Positions 39,326 through 49,187 of a stretch of DNA of 64,000 nt are shown in pieces. Each line of letters begins with the position of its first letter. Position 1 is the first letter of the stretch. Made by a program: the position numbers and the translations under genes. The notes under the pieces were generated by a model. The model was not told the origin of the DNA and searched no databases. It worked only from the letters and a program-made list of their open reading frames with translations. Source of the stretch: Candidatus Poribacteria bacterium (lineage in GTDB: Bacteria > Poribacteria > WGA-4E > PCPOR2b); assembly GCA_965215015.1 (NCBI GenBank), contig OZ244042.1, positions 608,001-672,000 on the forward strand, written 5' to 3'.

Positions 39326-40369
39326 ATGGCGATTGGTATCGGTATCATCGGTGCGGGTGGGATTTCGCGTGCACATGCGCGTGGATACCTCCAGATTCCT
39401 GATGAAGCACGGATTGTGGGGGTCGCAGATATTCTTGAGGACCGGGCGCAAGCCGCAGCACAGGAATGGGGCGCGGAATACGCATTTGCGGATTATCGGG
39501 AGCTGCTTGGACTCATGGAGGTAAATGCCGTCAGTGTTTGCACGTATACCAAAGCGCATTGCAAACCAACGGTCGCCGCACTTCAGGCAGGGAAGCATGT
39601 CCTCGTGGAAAAACCGATGGCCGCCACAACTGCTGAAGCGTATCAAATGGTGGAAGCCCAAAAAGGTAGTGGAAAAATCCTGATGGTGGGGATGAAATGG
39701 CGATTCATGCCAGAAATCCGAGCGGCGAGAGCATTTATTGAGGCGGGAAATCTGGGACAGATTTATTACGCCGAAGCCATCGGCTGGCAGCATCGCGGCA
39801 TCCCCGGCGGGACATTTATTAAAAAAGAGACAGCTGGAGGCGGAGGACTCATGGACAATGGCGTCTACACGCTCGATGCCGTTCTCTACATGATGGGACA
39901 TCCCAAACCGCTTACGGTTTCTGGCACTGATGCTAACATTTTTGGGCATTCCCCGGACGGGACTTGGAATATTGACGACTTTTCAGTGGAGGATTTTGGA
40001 ACGGCCTACGTCCGATTGGAGGGAGGAATTACCTTGTTCTTCGCACATAGCTGGGCAATTAACTTCCCGGAACAGTGGCAAATTCGTATAACCGGCAGTC
40101 GGGGAGCTGTTGAAATCTCTCCTTTCGACTCAAAATCTAAACTGCGTCTATCGCACGGAGGCTACAGCGATTTGCAGGATGTCACACCTAATCAGCTGCC
40201 AGAAGGCAGTATAGACGTTGCCCATGAAATCAAGCAGTTTGTACGAGCTATCCGGGAAGCACAACCCTCTCCCATTCCTGGGGACACTTTTCTTTACACC
40301 AACGTGATTTTCGATGGGCTCTATCAATCTTCGCAACAAGGACATGAAGTTCCGGTCAACCTGCCCTAG
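39326..40369 (+). CDS. Gfo/Idh/MocA-family oxidoreductase
   Basis: GIIGAGGI, HVLVEKPMA and GGGGLMDNGVY. Confidence 0.92.
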   Translation: MAIGIGIIGAGGISRAHARGYLQIPDEARIVGVADILEDRAQAAAQEWGAEYAFADYRELLGLMEVNAVSVCTYTKAHCKPTVAALQAGKHVLVEKPMAATTAEAYQMVEAQKGSGKILMVGMKWRFMPEIRAARAFIEAGNLGQIYYAEAIGWQHRGIPGGTFIKKETAGGGGLMDNGVYTLDAVLYMMGHPKPLTVSGTDANIFGHSPDGTWNIDDFSVEDFGTAYVRLEGGITLFFAHSWAINFPEQWQIRITGSRGAVEISPFDSKSKLRLSHGGYSDLQDVTPNQLPEGSIDVAHEIKQFVRAIREAQPSPIPGDTFLYTNVIFDGLYQSSQQGHEVPVNLP

Positions 40370-40427
40370 TACATTCCTATTTTTGCAGCTGTCTGTCCAT
40401 CTGTGTATTTCTATTATATAAAAAAAT

Positions 40428-40466
40428 AAAAAAGCACCGGGCAAATAATATTACCCGGTGCTTTTT
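40428..40466. terminator. Bidirectional intrinsic terminator
   Basis: AAAAAGCACCGGG...CCCGGTGCTTTTT between convergent genes. Confidence 0.85.
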
Positions 40467-40492
40467 GTAAAATTATCAAGGGAAGACGGGGT

Positions 40493-40798
40493 TTACCATC
40501 TATCGCGGTCATCACCACCGTTCCCCCTGCCGCCGCCACGTCTCTCGCCACGTGGGGGTCGAGGACGAGCCTCGTTTACTTTCACAGGGCGTCCAACAAT
40601 CTCTTGCCCATCCAATCCGGCGATCGCCGCTTCTGCTTCAACCTGATCGGGCATTTCGACAAATCCAAATCCTCTCGATCTTCCACTGTAGTGGTCTCGA
40701 ATGACGTTGGCAGTGTCGACCGTTCCGTAGCTTTCAAAAGCCTCTCGCAGGTCATCATCCGTGGCGTCAAATGACAGATTACCGACATAAATATTCAT
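40493..40798 (-). CDS. RRM-domain RNA-binding protein with Gly/Arg-rich tail
   Basis: RNP2 IYVGNL, RNP1 RGFGFVEM, and VNEARP. Confidence 0.95.
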   Translation of the reverse strand: MNIYVGNLSFDATDDDLREAFESYGTVDTANVIRDHYSGRSRGFGFVEMPDQVEAEAAIAGLDGQEIVGRPVKVNEARPRPPRGERRGGGRGNGGDDRDRW

Positions 40799-41586
40799 CT
40801 AAATTTCCTCTCTCAAAAGATGTTGTTCAAAATTTGCAAACATTTCTGGACTTTGCACACGGAGGTTGGCTTCCCCCTCACCGACTGTACATTCGAGTGG
40901 TTCGCAGTTCATCGATGAATCGACACCGTGCTATCTTATAGTGTACTTTTGAATAGTATAACTATGTTCCGCCTGTGCCTCTCTTATCTCTGCATCGAGG
41001 GGCTTGAGAAGCCGGGCATCTGTCAGATAACATCGTCGTCTCTGAGTTATTATTGACGCCCTTTCATTTACAAAGTGACGTGACACCCTAAACGCTGTGA
41101 GATGATACGTTCTGGTCTCACAGAGAAATACCATCGTGAGCAATTTTCGTTGGAGAAAAACGAGAACAGTAATTCAAGCGTTCTCATGCCCTCCAATCCG
41201 CTTTAACTCTCGCACTTAGAAATTCACAAAGCAACGAAAAAATCGGCAGATGTTACTCCAAGGGACACCAAGCGGTACCGGTTGAGGAAATTCGTGCCAA
41301 TTTCGACCTTGCCCCAACCTTTTGTTTATTTGCGTAGCTGCATATTTCTAGCCGCACTAAACCCGCCTGACACTATTTCTTGTTAATATTATAAGCCAAA
41401 ATAGCGCAAACATCCACAAGAAACTTTTGTTGGACGAAATTTTCAGAGGTGCACATCCGTTGTGCTTTGCCCACAGAGTGAGTATTGTCCAATATTTTCA
41501 ATATTGCAAAGTTCGTTGCGATGTGGAATAATCATTAGGACGTAAGATTTTGCAGACGGCGATTATTGTAAGAGAGGGAGAGGCAG

Positions 41587-42708
41587 ATGAATCAAACGGC
41601 AGATGTGGTCGTGGTCGGTGGTGGGGTCATTGGGTGCTTCATTGCTTACGAGCTTTCAAAGGTGGGACTTGAGGTCGTGGTGGTGGAAAAAGGGCGGGTA
41701 GGTGCGGAAGCCTCCAGCGCAGCTGCAGGACTGTTGGTACCCTTGCACATGGCGGAGGAGGAACGGGCACTTTTTGAACTTCACTTGGCTTCAACGAAGA
41801 TGTTTCCTACGTTTGTGCCGGAGCTTCAGGAGGAGACAGGTATCAGTGTTGAGTATATCCCCTCTGGGATTCTGAGGGTTGCCCTGAACGAGGCAGAGGA
41901 GACGGCTCGGCTTTCGCAGTTTCAAAAATTGGGGGAAGCTTTTGGGATGGCGATAACACGGCTGGATGCAGCGGAGATACACGCGCTTGAATCTGAACTG
42001 GCACCAACGGTTTGCGGTGGTATCTTTTCCCATGATGAGGCGTATATCAACAACGGGCGCTTGGTTTTCGCACTAGCAAGAGGTGCGTCTGTCCGAAATG
42101 TCCGATTCCTTGAAGGGTGTATTGCGACCGGCGTACGGCGAACAGAAGGACGCTTTTCAACACTCCAGACGAATGAGGGGGAGATTCCTGCCGGACATCT
42201 CGTGATAGCAACAGGCGCATGGAGCCGCGTTTTCTGCGAGGCGTTGGACATGACTATCCCTGTCGTTCCCGCGCGTGGACAGATGCTGGCGGTCACAACC
42301 ATTCAGCGTTTGCTTCAACGTCCAATCAATTCTAGCAAAGGGGCCCTTGTTCCTCGCGCGGATGGCTCGGTTCACGTCGGGGCAACCGTTGAACATGTCG
42401 GCTTTGATAAGCGCAACACTCCCGAAGCGATTGTCGATCTGTTAGAAAGGGGGACAACGGTGGTCCCCGCCTTGAGCGGAGGACATGTCGAACGGATGTG
42501 GTCGGGTTTACGTCCATTCTGTGAGGATGGACTTCCTGTTATTGGGTACCTTCCCGGATGGGAAAATGTCTTGGTTGCGGCGGGGCACTTTACGATGGGC
42601 ATCACGGGCAGTCCGATAACAGCAAAAATTATTAAAGAACTGATAGCAGACGGGTATTGGGATAAGTCAATGGAAATTTTCTCACCGGCTCGCTTTGTGG
42701 AGGGTTAA
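41587..42708 (+). CDS. thiO: Glycine oxidase ThiO / DAO-family FAD oxidoreductase
   Basis: GGGVIG, EASSAAAGLL, ATGAWS, RGQM, GATVE..GFD, WSGLRP and AGH. Confidence 0.8.
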   Translation: MNQTADVVVVGGGVIGCFIAYELSKVGLEVVVVEKGRVGAEASSAAAGLLVPLHMAEEERALFELHLASTKMFPTFVPELQEETGISVEYIPSGILRVALNEAEETARLSQFQKLGEAFGMAITRLDAAEIHALESELAPTVCGGIFSHDEAYINNGRLVFALARGASVRNVRFLEGCIATGVRRTEGRFSTLQTNEGEIPAGHLVIATGAWSRVFCEALDMTIPVVPARGQMLAVTTIQRLLQRPINSSKGALVPRADGSVHVGATVEHVGFDKRNTPEAIVDLLERGTTVVPALSGGHVERMWSGLRPFCEDGLPVIGYLPGWENVLVAAGHFTMGITGSPITAKIIKELIADGYWDKSMEIFSPARFVEG

Positions 42709-43163
42709 AGGTAAACGCCTAGAAGCCCGGGGAGGCGATAATCTTTCGCAATAAGTATTTTGGACCTCGACAAAGTTGCAAAAGCGTCCTAATTCCTTGT
42801 AAATACTGAGCTTTTGCTTGACATTTTTTATAAAAAGAGTACTACAATATAGCTAGTGAAATGGTAAGGCAGTAACCGCCCCATTTAGATAGTAAAAGCT
42901 GGGTTGCTTTGTCTTGCGTACTGTTTTTGTATTAGAGTAAAATTCATCAGAAAAAATCAACTCCCAAATTACAGGAACATATTCTAATGGATTTATTGAA
43001 TTTGTCTAGCCACTAATTACCGCGCGATTTAGACTTGAATCAAAAGACAGCATGGTATGGACAGCATCATCACGACAAAACAGGCTACGCACTTTTGTAT
43101 GTGGCTGTACAACTATAACTACCGTGAGACCGATATTTTTTGGAAGTTTTTGAAGGGATGCCT

Positions 43164-44000
43164 ATGACACAAGATATAGCAAATACACATTGTCCTGAAT
43201 ACATTGATACTATCAAACAAGGAAACTGTATTAAGTTAATGTCCGAAATGCCGAATGAATGTGTCGACCTTATCATAACAGATCCACCTTTTGCTATCGA
43301 TTTCAAGGCCCCTCGACATAGCTACAACCGAACAGGGAATAGAGTCCTACAAGGCTACAATGAAATCGAAGCAAAAGATTATCTCACCTTCACGCTTGAA
43401 TGGCTTTCTGCTGCGACGAGAGTGTTAAAAGATTCTGGCAGCATGTATATCTTTTCTGGTTGGAATCACCTAAAAGACCTCCTCATAGCTGTTGATCAAT
43501 GCAATCTTACTACAGTCAATCACCTGATTTGGAAATACCAGTTTGGTGTCGTTACCAAGCGTAAGTATGTAACCTCTCACTATCACTGTCTTTTCTTGTG
43601 TAAAAACGACAGTAAACGGAAGTTTTATCCCTATCGCCGATTTGATAAGGATGCCAAGACTGAAAACGGGGGCTCTGCACACTATAAAGACAAAGAAGAT
43701 GTCTGGGAAATTAAGAGAGAATATTGGCAGGGTGCAGTCAAAACGCCAACTAAATTGCCAGCTGAACTCATTGAGAAAATTCTCGATTATTCCAGCCAAA
43801 AAGGGGATGTTGTTTTGGATCCATTTTTAGGTTCTGGACAAGTTGCTGTAGTGAGCAAAATGAAGGGAAGGCATTACATAGGATTTGAGATCGTTCCTGC
43901 ATATTATAAGTTCGCACGCGACCGTATTGAATCAGGAAAATATCTAATTCAGAAAACAGAAGAGGAGTCTGTTTTGGATTTGTTCACAACGGAGATATAA
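43164..44000 (+). CDS. Site-specific amino-DNA methyltransferase (beta class, N4C/N6A)
   Basis: TDPPF precedes LDPFLGSG; AT-rich relative to flanks; start 43158 or 43164. Confidence 0.92.
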   Translation: MTQDIANTHCPEYIDTIKQGNCIKLMSEMPNECVDLIITDPPFAIDFKAPRHSYNRTGNRVLQGYNEIEAKDYLTFTLEWLSAATRVLKDSGSMYIFSGWNHLKDLLIAVDQCNLTTVNHLIWKYQFGVVTKRKYVTSHYHCLFLCKNDSKRKFYPYRRFDKDAKTENGGSAHYKDKEDVWEIKREYWQGAVKTPTKLPAELIEKILDYSSQKGDVVLDPFLGSGQVAVVSKMKGRHYIGFEIVPAYYKFARDRIESGKYLIQKTEEESVLDLFTTEI

Positions 44001-44064
44001 CTCAATCATCTTAAACTAAAAAATAGTTGATACAACTGCACAATTACAACTCGCCTCTCGGAAC

Positions 44065-44670
44065 ATGCCAAAAATTTGGGCTGGCAGAAATGCCATCCTT
44101 GAGATGAAGGAAGGCGGTTCAAAAAATTGGAAGCAGATGGAATGGATGGGTTTTTACTTTGAATATCTATGTCAAACCCATTTTGATGGCATAATTGATA
44201 TGCCCGGTAAGACATATAGGAACACGACATTTGACGCGTTTTGTGAAATTTCTTGGGACTTTAAGGCACATGCAGCTAATACAACAAGACACGATGTTAT
44301 TACAAATGATGTGGAAGCGATAAAGAGCACACTCGACGATTACGGCTACTATGGAATAATTCTCGCGATCGGTGAAGTTGAATATAACGACGAACAAAGA
44401 ACTTTCAAAAAATGGCATGACGAGCTGAAAGAGGGAATTAGCGCATACGAAATAAATAGAATCAATAGAGGTGTAATGTCAAGACGACGTAAGACCGAAT
44501 TTATTTTATCGGAAATCCATTTTATTTGTCTGAACATCCAAACACTCGATCAATGTAGTAGCATATACCAGCAGGGTAGAAATTCTAACGGCAGACCAAG
44601 ACCCCCAAAATTCAACCTAAATGTCCAGAAAATTCCTGATTCTGCGCTGGCTGCTACTGTGGAGTTCTAA
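44065..44670 (+). CDS. Putative cognate restriction endonuclease (PD-(D/E)xK-like)
   Basis: Directly downstream of the MTase and AT-rich; conserved-looking EW.GFYFE helix, then FD...WDFK; the frame is open upstream to 44020. Confidence 0.55.
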   Translation: MPKIWAGRNAILEMKEGGSKNWKQMEWMGFYFEYLCQTHFDGIIDMPGKTYRNTTFDAFCEISWDFKAHAANTTRHDVITNDVEAIKSTLDDYGYYGIILAIGEVEYNDEQRTFKKWHDELKEGISAYEINRINRGVMSRRRKTEFILSEIHFICLNIQTLDQCSSIYQQGRNSNGRPRPPKFNLNVQKIPDSALAATVEF

Positions 44671-44705
44671 GTCTAAAACTACTTACTGTGTTATCTTTTT
44701 TCTTT

Positions 44706-45058
44706 TTATGTTATAAATCCACACCTACCTAGCTTTGCTGTGCTCCTGTCTTCTCGGAGGGTTGAAAGGCCGAGAATTGCCTTCAGATTATCCGTCTCTT
44801 CCTGACTGGCATGATACAGATCCCGCCGGGGTTGAAGATTCATCCAGAAACTTGGTGAAACCCCAAAGAATCTCGCCAAGCGGAGCACAATACGGGGTGT
44901 CATTCCCGATGTCTATTCACAAGTTCATTGATGCTCTGGTACGGGATATGAATTGGCATCGCAAGCTTCCGCGGCCTGATGTCCATTGGACGCAGAAATT
45001 CCTCTAAAAGCATTTCACCCGGACGGGTCGGAGGACGATGGGTTGGTACAAGAATCAT
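44706..45058 (-). pseudogene. higA: HigA antitoxin, frameshifted
   Basis: PTRPGEMLLEEFLRPM...INELVN followed by a shift to TP..VLRLARFFGVSPSFWMNLQ. Confidence 0.85.
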
Positions 45059-45080
45059 TTTGTTTCTGCTTGGTGCAAGC

Positions 45081-45147
45081 CTAGTGATAATCCACAATTT
45101 CAACTTCAGTGGGTCCGGTGTCCGTCCATACAAAGCAGATACAGTAT
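45081..45147 (-). pseudogene. higB: 3' remnant of HigB (RelE/ParE-type) toxin
   Basis: Minus strand YCICFVWTDTGPTEVEIVDYH*, the canonical HigB ending; the 5' portion is missing. Confidence 0.8.
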
Positions 45148-45275
45148 CAGACATTTCTCATAGATTCTGAGTTTATCACCTTCTAAAATGGGCAGCGAGT
45201 GAAAGGCATGACTCCTCGTCCTGGCCACTACAAAATTTTGGAAATACCACGAAAAAAGAATAAGGAGCTAGACCA

Positions 45276-46403
45276 ATGGCAAAGTATCGAGCGGCACTAA
45301 TTGGGTGCGGCGGAAAAGGTAGAGACCATACCAATACCTTGATGAAGAACGAACTCGTGGATTTGGTCGCTTTCTGCGATATTCGTGAGGCAGCTCTGCA
45401 AGCATACCAAGAGATGTACGGTGTGTCAACCCTATACACAGATTATCAGGAGATGTTTGGGCGGGAGAACCTAGATCTCGTCGTGATTTCAACGCAGGCA
45501 CCGCAGCACCATGCGACAACGCTTGCTGCGGCAGCACACGGTTGTCATGTGCTCTGCGAAAAACCGATGGCTGTGACACTTCAGGAGGCTGATGAGATGG
45601 TTGCTGCGTGTGATGCAGCCGGTGTACGATTATCCATCAATCATCAGAAACGCGCCAGTGCGTATAACGCCTATGCGAAAAGGTTGATTGGTGATGGGGA
45701 GATCGGTGAGGTCTTTTTGATATCTGCTTACGAAAAAGGGGGACGCAAATCGGGGAACGCGATGATGGAGATGGGGACGCACCTCTTTGATTGGGTTCAC
45801 AACTTTGGGGGAGATGTGAGTTGGGCTGCTGCACATATTACCGCAGCGGACAGCCTTGAAGCGGGACCTCAGGACATCAAACATAGCCAAGAGGTCAATC
45901 CCCGTGACAGGGACGCGGGACTAGTCATCGGTGAGCGGGCGTTCTGCTCGTTTGGGTTGGCTAACGGAATACATGTCGATTGCAATTTCTTGGCAGAATC
46001 TGAAGGAAATGATAGGGCGTACGGCTTAGATCTCATGGGCACAAAAGGGCGGATTGCGTTGCGTCGAAGCGTTGCCACCGTGATGTTCATCCACCACGGC
46101 GCATTTATGACACCCGTCGAGGGACATCAATGGGAGCCGGTTTCGCTGCCCGAAGAGGACCGTATTACGGGTCAGCATCTGGAAACGCGAGACATCAACT
46201 CTGTGCTTCAGTCCCGTCTCATCCACTCGTTGCTTGAACCTGATTCCCCGGATGCCGATCCGATTTCGTCCGGCCGGGAGGGACGCGCATCGCTGGAAAT
46301 GATTCACGGATCATGGGAGTCTCACCGACGTGGGGGGCGTGTTACGTTTCCGCTTAAGGAGCGCACCCATCCCTTACGACGCTGGCGGGATGAGGCGAGT
46401 TAG
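45276..46403 (+). CDS. Gfo/Idh/MocA-family oxidoreductase
   Basis: LIGCGGKG, HVLCEKPMA and MGTHLFD. Confidence 0.92.
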   Translation: MAKYRAALIGCGGKGRDHTNTLMKNELVDLVAFCDIREAALQAYQEMYGVSTLYTDYQEMFGRENLDLVVISTQAPQHHATTLAAAAHGCHVLCEKPMAVTLQEADEMVAACDAAGVRLSINHQKRASAYNAYAKRLIGDGEIGEVFLISAYEKGGRKSGNAMMEMGTHLFDWVHNFGGDVSWAAAHITAADSLEAGPQDIKHSQEVNPRDRDAGLVIGERAFCSFGLANGIHVDCNFLAESEGNDRAYGLDLMGTKGRIALRRSVATVMFIHHGAFMTPVEGHQWEPVSLPEEDRITGQHLETRDINSVLQSRLIHSLLEPDSPDADPISSGREGRASLEMIHGSWESHRRGGRVTFPLKERTHPLRRWRDEAS

Positions 46404-46488
46404 GTCGGAATTTTGGGTTGCTGAACGTTTGGAGTGAAGGGTATAATCAATCAACTAAACCGGTTGAAGAAATGAGAGAAGAGCGAAC

Positions 46489-46845
46489 ATGAATCGGTAT
46501 TTTGAAATAGTAAAATGGTATGTGATATCCGGTGGACAGGTGTCTCGAAGAGAATCTTGGATATTCACACTCTGCGCCTTTATTGTCGGTTTTTTGTTAG
46601 GGTTTGTTTACATCTTTGTTGGAGATATAGGTTTTGTTATTATTGGAGGCTGCGGCTTAGTTGTACTGATTCCCAGCATCGCTGTATCGGTCAGTAGGCT
46701 CCACGACGCCAATCGAAGTGGGTGGTGGTTGCTTATCGGCCTTATTCCGCTCATTGGTTCTATGATTTTGCTTGGTTTTATGACACAGGATAGTCAATCG
46801 AACGAGAATCAAGGTGGACGTGATCCACAGGATGCCACAGTGTAG
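46489..46845 (+). CDS. DUF805 membrane protein
   Basis: SRRESW, PSIAVSVSRLHD and SGWWLLIGLIP; upstream TTGCTG-N18-TATAAT. Confidence 0.88.
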   Translation: MNRYFEIVKWYVISGGQVSRRESWIFTLCAFIVGFLLGFVYIFVGDIGFVIIGGCGLVVLIPSIAVSVSRLHDANRSGWWLLIGLIPLIGSMILLGFMTQDSQSNENQGGRDPQDATV

Positions 46846-46983
46846 GAATCTAACCCGCCGTTGCGGTCTCCTGATCCTCGATCTATTGGGGGGACAGTGG
46901 GAGATTCAGTAAACCCTACCGTACTCTTCCGATTTGTGGGACAACTGAACTTTTTCATTAGGACGCAAAATAGGAGGCTCATC

Positions 46984-48465
46984 ATGCTGTCAAGGGTTGA
47001 ACAAATCAGATTGCGGTTATCAAAAGACACCACAGCGAAGAAGAAATCACAGTTCGGCCAGTTCCTGACATCAGCAAGAACTGCGGCTTTCATGGCCAGT
47101 CTTTTCCCAAATGGCAAAGGCAGTTGTCGCTTGCTTGATGCGGGAGCCGGAATTGGCTCGCTTTCTGCCGCGTTTTTGGAGAGGTGGAATTCTGCTGGCT
47201 TTGACTTTCAGCGTGTGGAGCTAGATGCTTTTGAGATTGACGATTCTCTGCATTCCTATTTGAATCAAACATTGGAACAATATAGACATAATCCCATGTT
47301 TATTCCAACAATCCGAAAGGTCGATTTTATACACGCCGCCATAGATTGGCTTTCTGGCAGCTTTTTCGCTGAAGAACTCGAAAAATATACTCATGCCATC
47401 CTTAACCCACCTTACAAAAAAATCAATAGTAATTCATCGCATCGTTTCGCCTTACGCCGTGTTGGCATCGAGACGGTGAACCTGTATTCGGCTTTTGTGG
47501 CCCTGGCTGTTGCGCTAGCCACACCGGGGGGGCAAATTGTGGCAATCATTCCGCGCAGTTTCTGTAATGGACCGTATTACCGTCCATTTCGTGACTTCAT
47601 CCTTGAGCGCACAGCTATCCGGCACCTTCACCTTTTTGAGTCTCGTAACAAAGCATTTAAGGAGGATAAAGTATTGCAAGAGAATATTATTATCCGACTT
47701 GAACGTAGTGGAAAACAAGGCGCGGTAACAGTTTCCACATCAACCGATGACACTTTCACCAACCTTACTACTCACAAATACTCGTTCGATCAAATCGTTT
47801 TTCCGGATGATTCGGAGCGATTTATCCGTGTGCCACTATCGCCCAAAAGCACCATCCAACTAGCTCCGACCATTCGCTACGCGCTGACAGATCTTGACAT
47901 CGATGTTTCGACTGGTCCGGTAATCGATTTCCGGCTAAAAGATCACTTGCGCGACATGCCGGAGGCGGGTTCCATGCCTTTACTTTATCCGTGCCATTTC
48001 AGCGGTATTGGCACCAAATGGCCGGGCACCGGTAAGAAGAAGCCAAACGCTATCCTGCACAACGATGATACCGAAAAATGGCTATGTCCGAGCGGCTTTT
48101 ATTGCGTGGTAAGACGCTTCACAGCCAAGGAGGAAAGACGCCGAATCGTGGCAAGCGTGGTTGACCCTAGCCAACTCGATAACCCACCCATGCTGGGCTT
48201 TGAGAACCACTTAAACTTTTTCCATCAAAATAAGGGTGGTTTGCAACAAGCGTTAGCATATGGGTTGGCAGTATTCCTCAATTCAACCACCATTGATGAA
48301 TATTACCGATGTTTCAGCGGCCACACGCAGGTCAACGCTACCGACCTCAAGATTATGAAGTACCCGAGCCGTGACGCTCTAATTGAAATTGGCAAATGGG
48401 CCAGCCAACAAGAAAAACTCACGCAGACTATGATTGATGCCAAGCTAGGAACTTTAGTCGAATGA
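46984..48465 (+). CDS. Type II adenine methyltransferase, M.BsuBI/M.PstI-like (gamma class)
   Basis: GQFLT, LDAGAGIG, NPPY, PRSFCNG, ENHLN and SGHTQVNATDL; AGGAGG RBS before ATG 46984. Confidence 0.92.
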   Translation: MLSRVEQIRLRLSKDTTAKKKSQFGQFLTSARTAAFMASLFPNGKGSCRLLDAGAGIGSLSAAFLERWNSAGFDFQRVELDAFEIDDSLHSYLNQTLEQYRHNPMFIPTIRKVDFIHAAIDWLSGSFFAEELEKYTHAILNPPYKKINSNSSHRFALRRVGIETVNLYSAFVALAVALATPGGQIVAIIPRSFCNGPYYRPFRDFILERTAIRHLHLFESRNKAFKEDKVLQENIIIRLERSGKQGAVTVSTSTDDTFTNLTTHKYSFDQIVFPDDSERFIRVPLSPKSTIQLAPTIRYALTDLDIDVSTGPVIDFRLKDHLRDMPEAGSMPLLYPCHFSGIGTKWPGTGKKKPNAILHNDDTEKWLCPSGFYCVVRRFTAKEERRRIVASVVDPSQLDNPPMLGFENHLNFFHQNKGGLQQALAYGLAVFLNSTTIDEYYRCFSGHTQVNATDLKIMKYPSRDALIEIGKWASQQEKLTQTMIDAKLGTLVE

Positions 48466-49170
48466 ACAACAAGAACGATTATATTGAAGCCGCTCACCAG
48501 ATTATCATGTCGCTGGGGCTGCCACGGGCGCAACAGAACGAGCGTTCCGCCCTTTGTTTGCTGGCATTACTGAACCTCACGCCAGGCAAACCCTGGGCTG
48601 ACGCCGAGGCCCCGCTTATGGGTATCACACCCATCATTAATTGGGTGCGAGAGCATTACGACAAGGAATATGCACCGAATACCCGCGAGACAATTCGTCG
48701 CCAAACCATGCACCAGTTCCGCGATGCCGGTATTGCGCTGTACAACCCGGACAGGCCGGACCGTCCGGTAAATAGCCCGAAGGCAGTCTATCAGATCGAA
48801 CCTGCTGCATTGGCTTTGCTGCGAACTTTTAACACCCCCACATGGTGTAATGCGCTGACGGCCTATTTGGCCAAGCGTGAAACTCTGGTAGCCCGCTACG
48901 CCAAGGAGCGGGAACAGAATCGTGTTCCGGTTGAAATTTCACCGGGGAAGAAAGTCACTCTTAGCCCCGGTGAGCACAGCGAATTGATTCGAGCCATCAT
49001 TGAGGATTTTGCTCCCCGCTCCGCACCGGGTAGTGTGCTGGTCTATGGAGATAAATGGGGTTACTTGGACGTGGACCTGCTGGCCGAACTAGGTGTCAGC
49101 GTGGATTCACACGGCAAAATGCCTGATGTGGTGTTGTACTACATTGAGAAGAATTGGCTCCTCTTATCGG
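48462..49170 (+). pseudogene. BsuBI/PstI-family restriction endonuclease, C-terminally truncated
   Basis: YAPNTRETIRRQTMHQF, NSPK, LSPGEHS and HGKMPDVV are present; similarity stops after KNWLLL; the VTSHGP and IAWETEVW segments are absent and the ORF runs on into the antisense strand of the next gene. Confidence 0.85.
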
Positions 49171-49187
49171 AAGGTTGCTTCCACCGG

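Noticed and set aside
39299-39949. 216-aa minus-strand ORF and similar long antisense ORFs (for example 4211-4813)
   Set aside because: They lie opposite well-supported genes and have no family motifs.
41285-41300. Sigma54 promoter (TTGGCACGAATTTCC, minus strand)
   Set aside because: The -24 element matches but the -12 GC is missing.
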